A stretch of DNA of 64,000 bases from Amphiscolops sp. MND2022 (taxonomy: Eukaryota): positions 79,424,001 through 79,488,000 of the forward strand of contig OZ076409.1 of the NCBI GenBank assembly GCA_964187785.1, in the 5' to 3' direction. The position numbers and the translations under genes were made by a program. Shown here one piece after another: positions 62,050 to 64,000 of the stretch. Numbering within the stretch: the stretch's first letter is position 1; the number at the start of each line of letters is the position of its first letter. A model generated the notes under the pieces. That model saw only the letters and a list, made by a program, of their open reading frames with translations. It made no database searches and was not told the DNA's origin.

Positions 62050-63700
62050 GAATAACAATCACAAATGAGAGAGAGAGAGCCATCTTAACAACGAGCAGCA
62101 GAAAAAGCAAATAGAAATATGCACGACACAACTGAAAAAACTCTTAAAGATAACGGAATAATAGCACTCTAGTTCCACTTGACAAAGCTCACATCCACTT
62201 TAAAACCTCTCATCAATTTCGCTTTTATTGTTCAAAGTAACTAATTTTTCAATGATTGCTTTTCTCAGCTATTAAAGTAGAGAACTCAAGTGACCCGCAC
62301 TGAACATCCCATAAACATGAGTGCAATCATGATAAAAGTGTCTACAAATTATACTATAAAATGAGCGTCACCAAGCCTTTCTCACAGAACTACAACGCTT
62401 AGCCTTAGATGCGTACCCGAATATAAAAGCTCCAGCAGCTGCAGATGGTGACCCAGCAGTTGCAGCAGAAGACCGAGCTCAAGAACGTACTCGTCCGGTT
62501 AGAGAACCTTTCATCAATGGAAAACCTCTCAAACTAGAACGATTCCCTCTCACACACCCAGAAGATACAACAAGAGAGGATCTCTGCGCTAAAGCTGCTA
62601 GTCGTTTAATAGTAGCTCGTCTCTACCCAGAAGACGATGACAGAGCATTCGACGAACTTCGAGGTAGTTCCTCCAAAGTTTTATCCGGAATCGAGGAACT
62701 CACTAAGGCCCTGACCAAAGTTCAACAAGAAACTTGTAAATTGACTGACGAACTCAAAAAGATCAGAAAAACCCTTACTCAACTCTTAACCAACTTGGCA
62801 ATAATAATTGTCATAATATTAAAAACAACCAACAACAACAAAACGATAATGGAACAACTAAAACAACCGAAACAAAAATGGCTACAACTACAGTCGAAGT
62901 AAAAACTGCTACTTTGGATTCAATTGAAACTATAACCAACAACACTCACACAACCAACAACAAAACCGTAACAATCGACAGATTTCATGCGATCGCAATC
63001 GGAAAGGACAAAGCAAACAGTACCAAAATAGAGTTCAATCAGGACATGCACATTCGAATATTTACAACAAGTGTGTTCATACACCAGCAGCATGTTGATT
63101 TCGTCCAACATAAAGAGGAGCTGCCTCGCTCCCTCATCACCACGTCTCTACTGCACTTTATATAATCCAATGTCCTCACAGTATCAGATGCCGTCATCCC
63201 AACAAATGATGCCACCACAAATGATGCAACAACAGATGTATAACCAACAAAAGAACCAGAGCCAAGCGAACTACGTGAGCCACGTATAGTCCTCCTTCTA
63301 CTTTAGCTGCTATCAACGTATTATCTATTAACAAGCCTCTTACATAATTTTTTCCATTAACTTTAAACTTTTCATTTCCTATAAGAGCATTAATAGATAC
63401 TGAAGGCTTCACTAGTGCCATGCCTTCATATAACTTCCCTCTGTCATTTCTAACTATAATTCCCAAGAGAGCACCGTCAAAGTTGCTAATGGTGCTTCTT
63501 CACCGACCTTTGGCACTTTCAAAGCCATTCGTTTTGCCTATGAAACCTCTTGTGAAAACTTCATCATCCTAAAAACCATGAACCAAACGATACTTGGTTT
63601 GCCTTTCTTTGAAGAGAATGATATTCTGATTCAACCCAAATCACGCACCTTGAAATTACCGAACACTGCTTTACAGCTAAGAGAACGTATCCATTAAAAC
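62050..63700 (+). mobile_element. Decayed gypsy-type gag-protease fragment
   Basis: QRLALDAYPNI...FINGKPLKL, Gln/Asn-rich linker, protease-like ALIDTEGFTSAM (~63385) and ILGLPFFEENDILIQP. Confidence 0.65.
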
Positions 63701-64000
63701 GGATATATTAGTTCACTTCACTAGGAGTTTCAAATATCTTGCCGTACAACATTACCATTTGAAACAATTCCTAAAAAGCCCAACTAACTATACTCAAACC
63801 AAAACAAGCAGTTTTATTCACAACCTGGTAATTCAGGGCTTCAAATGAATTTTTTCTGAAAAAATAAACACGCTTGTTAAAGACTCGAATACCACAGTGT
63901 TCCCGAGTAAGGAAAATTGCTCGAAGGCAGAGAAACTTACTGGAATTCACAAAAATTTATGATGAAAAAGCAAAACCCAAATCAAATTAGAAAATAGACA

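Overview
AT-rich, repeat-dense eukaryotic (animal-like, spliceosomal introns) genomic window with two 200-N assembly gaps. I can support two host genes. (1) An intronless linker histone H1 gene (14609-15058, +) with CCAAT and TATA boxes. (2) A 14-exon tropomodulin-family gene (46781-60480, +; 660 aa as I splice it) that continues past the normal tropomodulin end into a WH2-like motif and a ~215-aa Glu/Asp-rich tail. Most of the remainder is nested, mostly decayed transposons: two Ty3/gypsy LTR elements plus fragments; a full-length BEL/Pao element with TA...CA LTRs, a 5-bp TSD and an extra intact SGNH-like ORF before gag; an internally deleted CGGBP1-like hAT element with perfect TIRs and an 8-bp TSD, inside a long-TIR element; an I/Jockey-group LINE; CR1-like, CRE-like, Tc1 and hAT fragments; CACTA-type and other MITEs; and Helentron/DINE-like elements, some carrying tRNA-like cassettes. 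There is also an intronic ~233-bp satellite with higher-order structure and several long palindromes. All family assignments come from motifs recognised by eye; no database searches were run.
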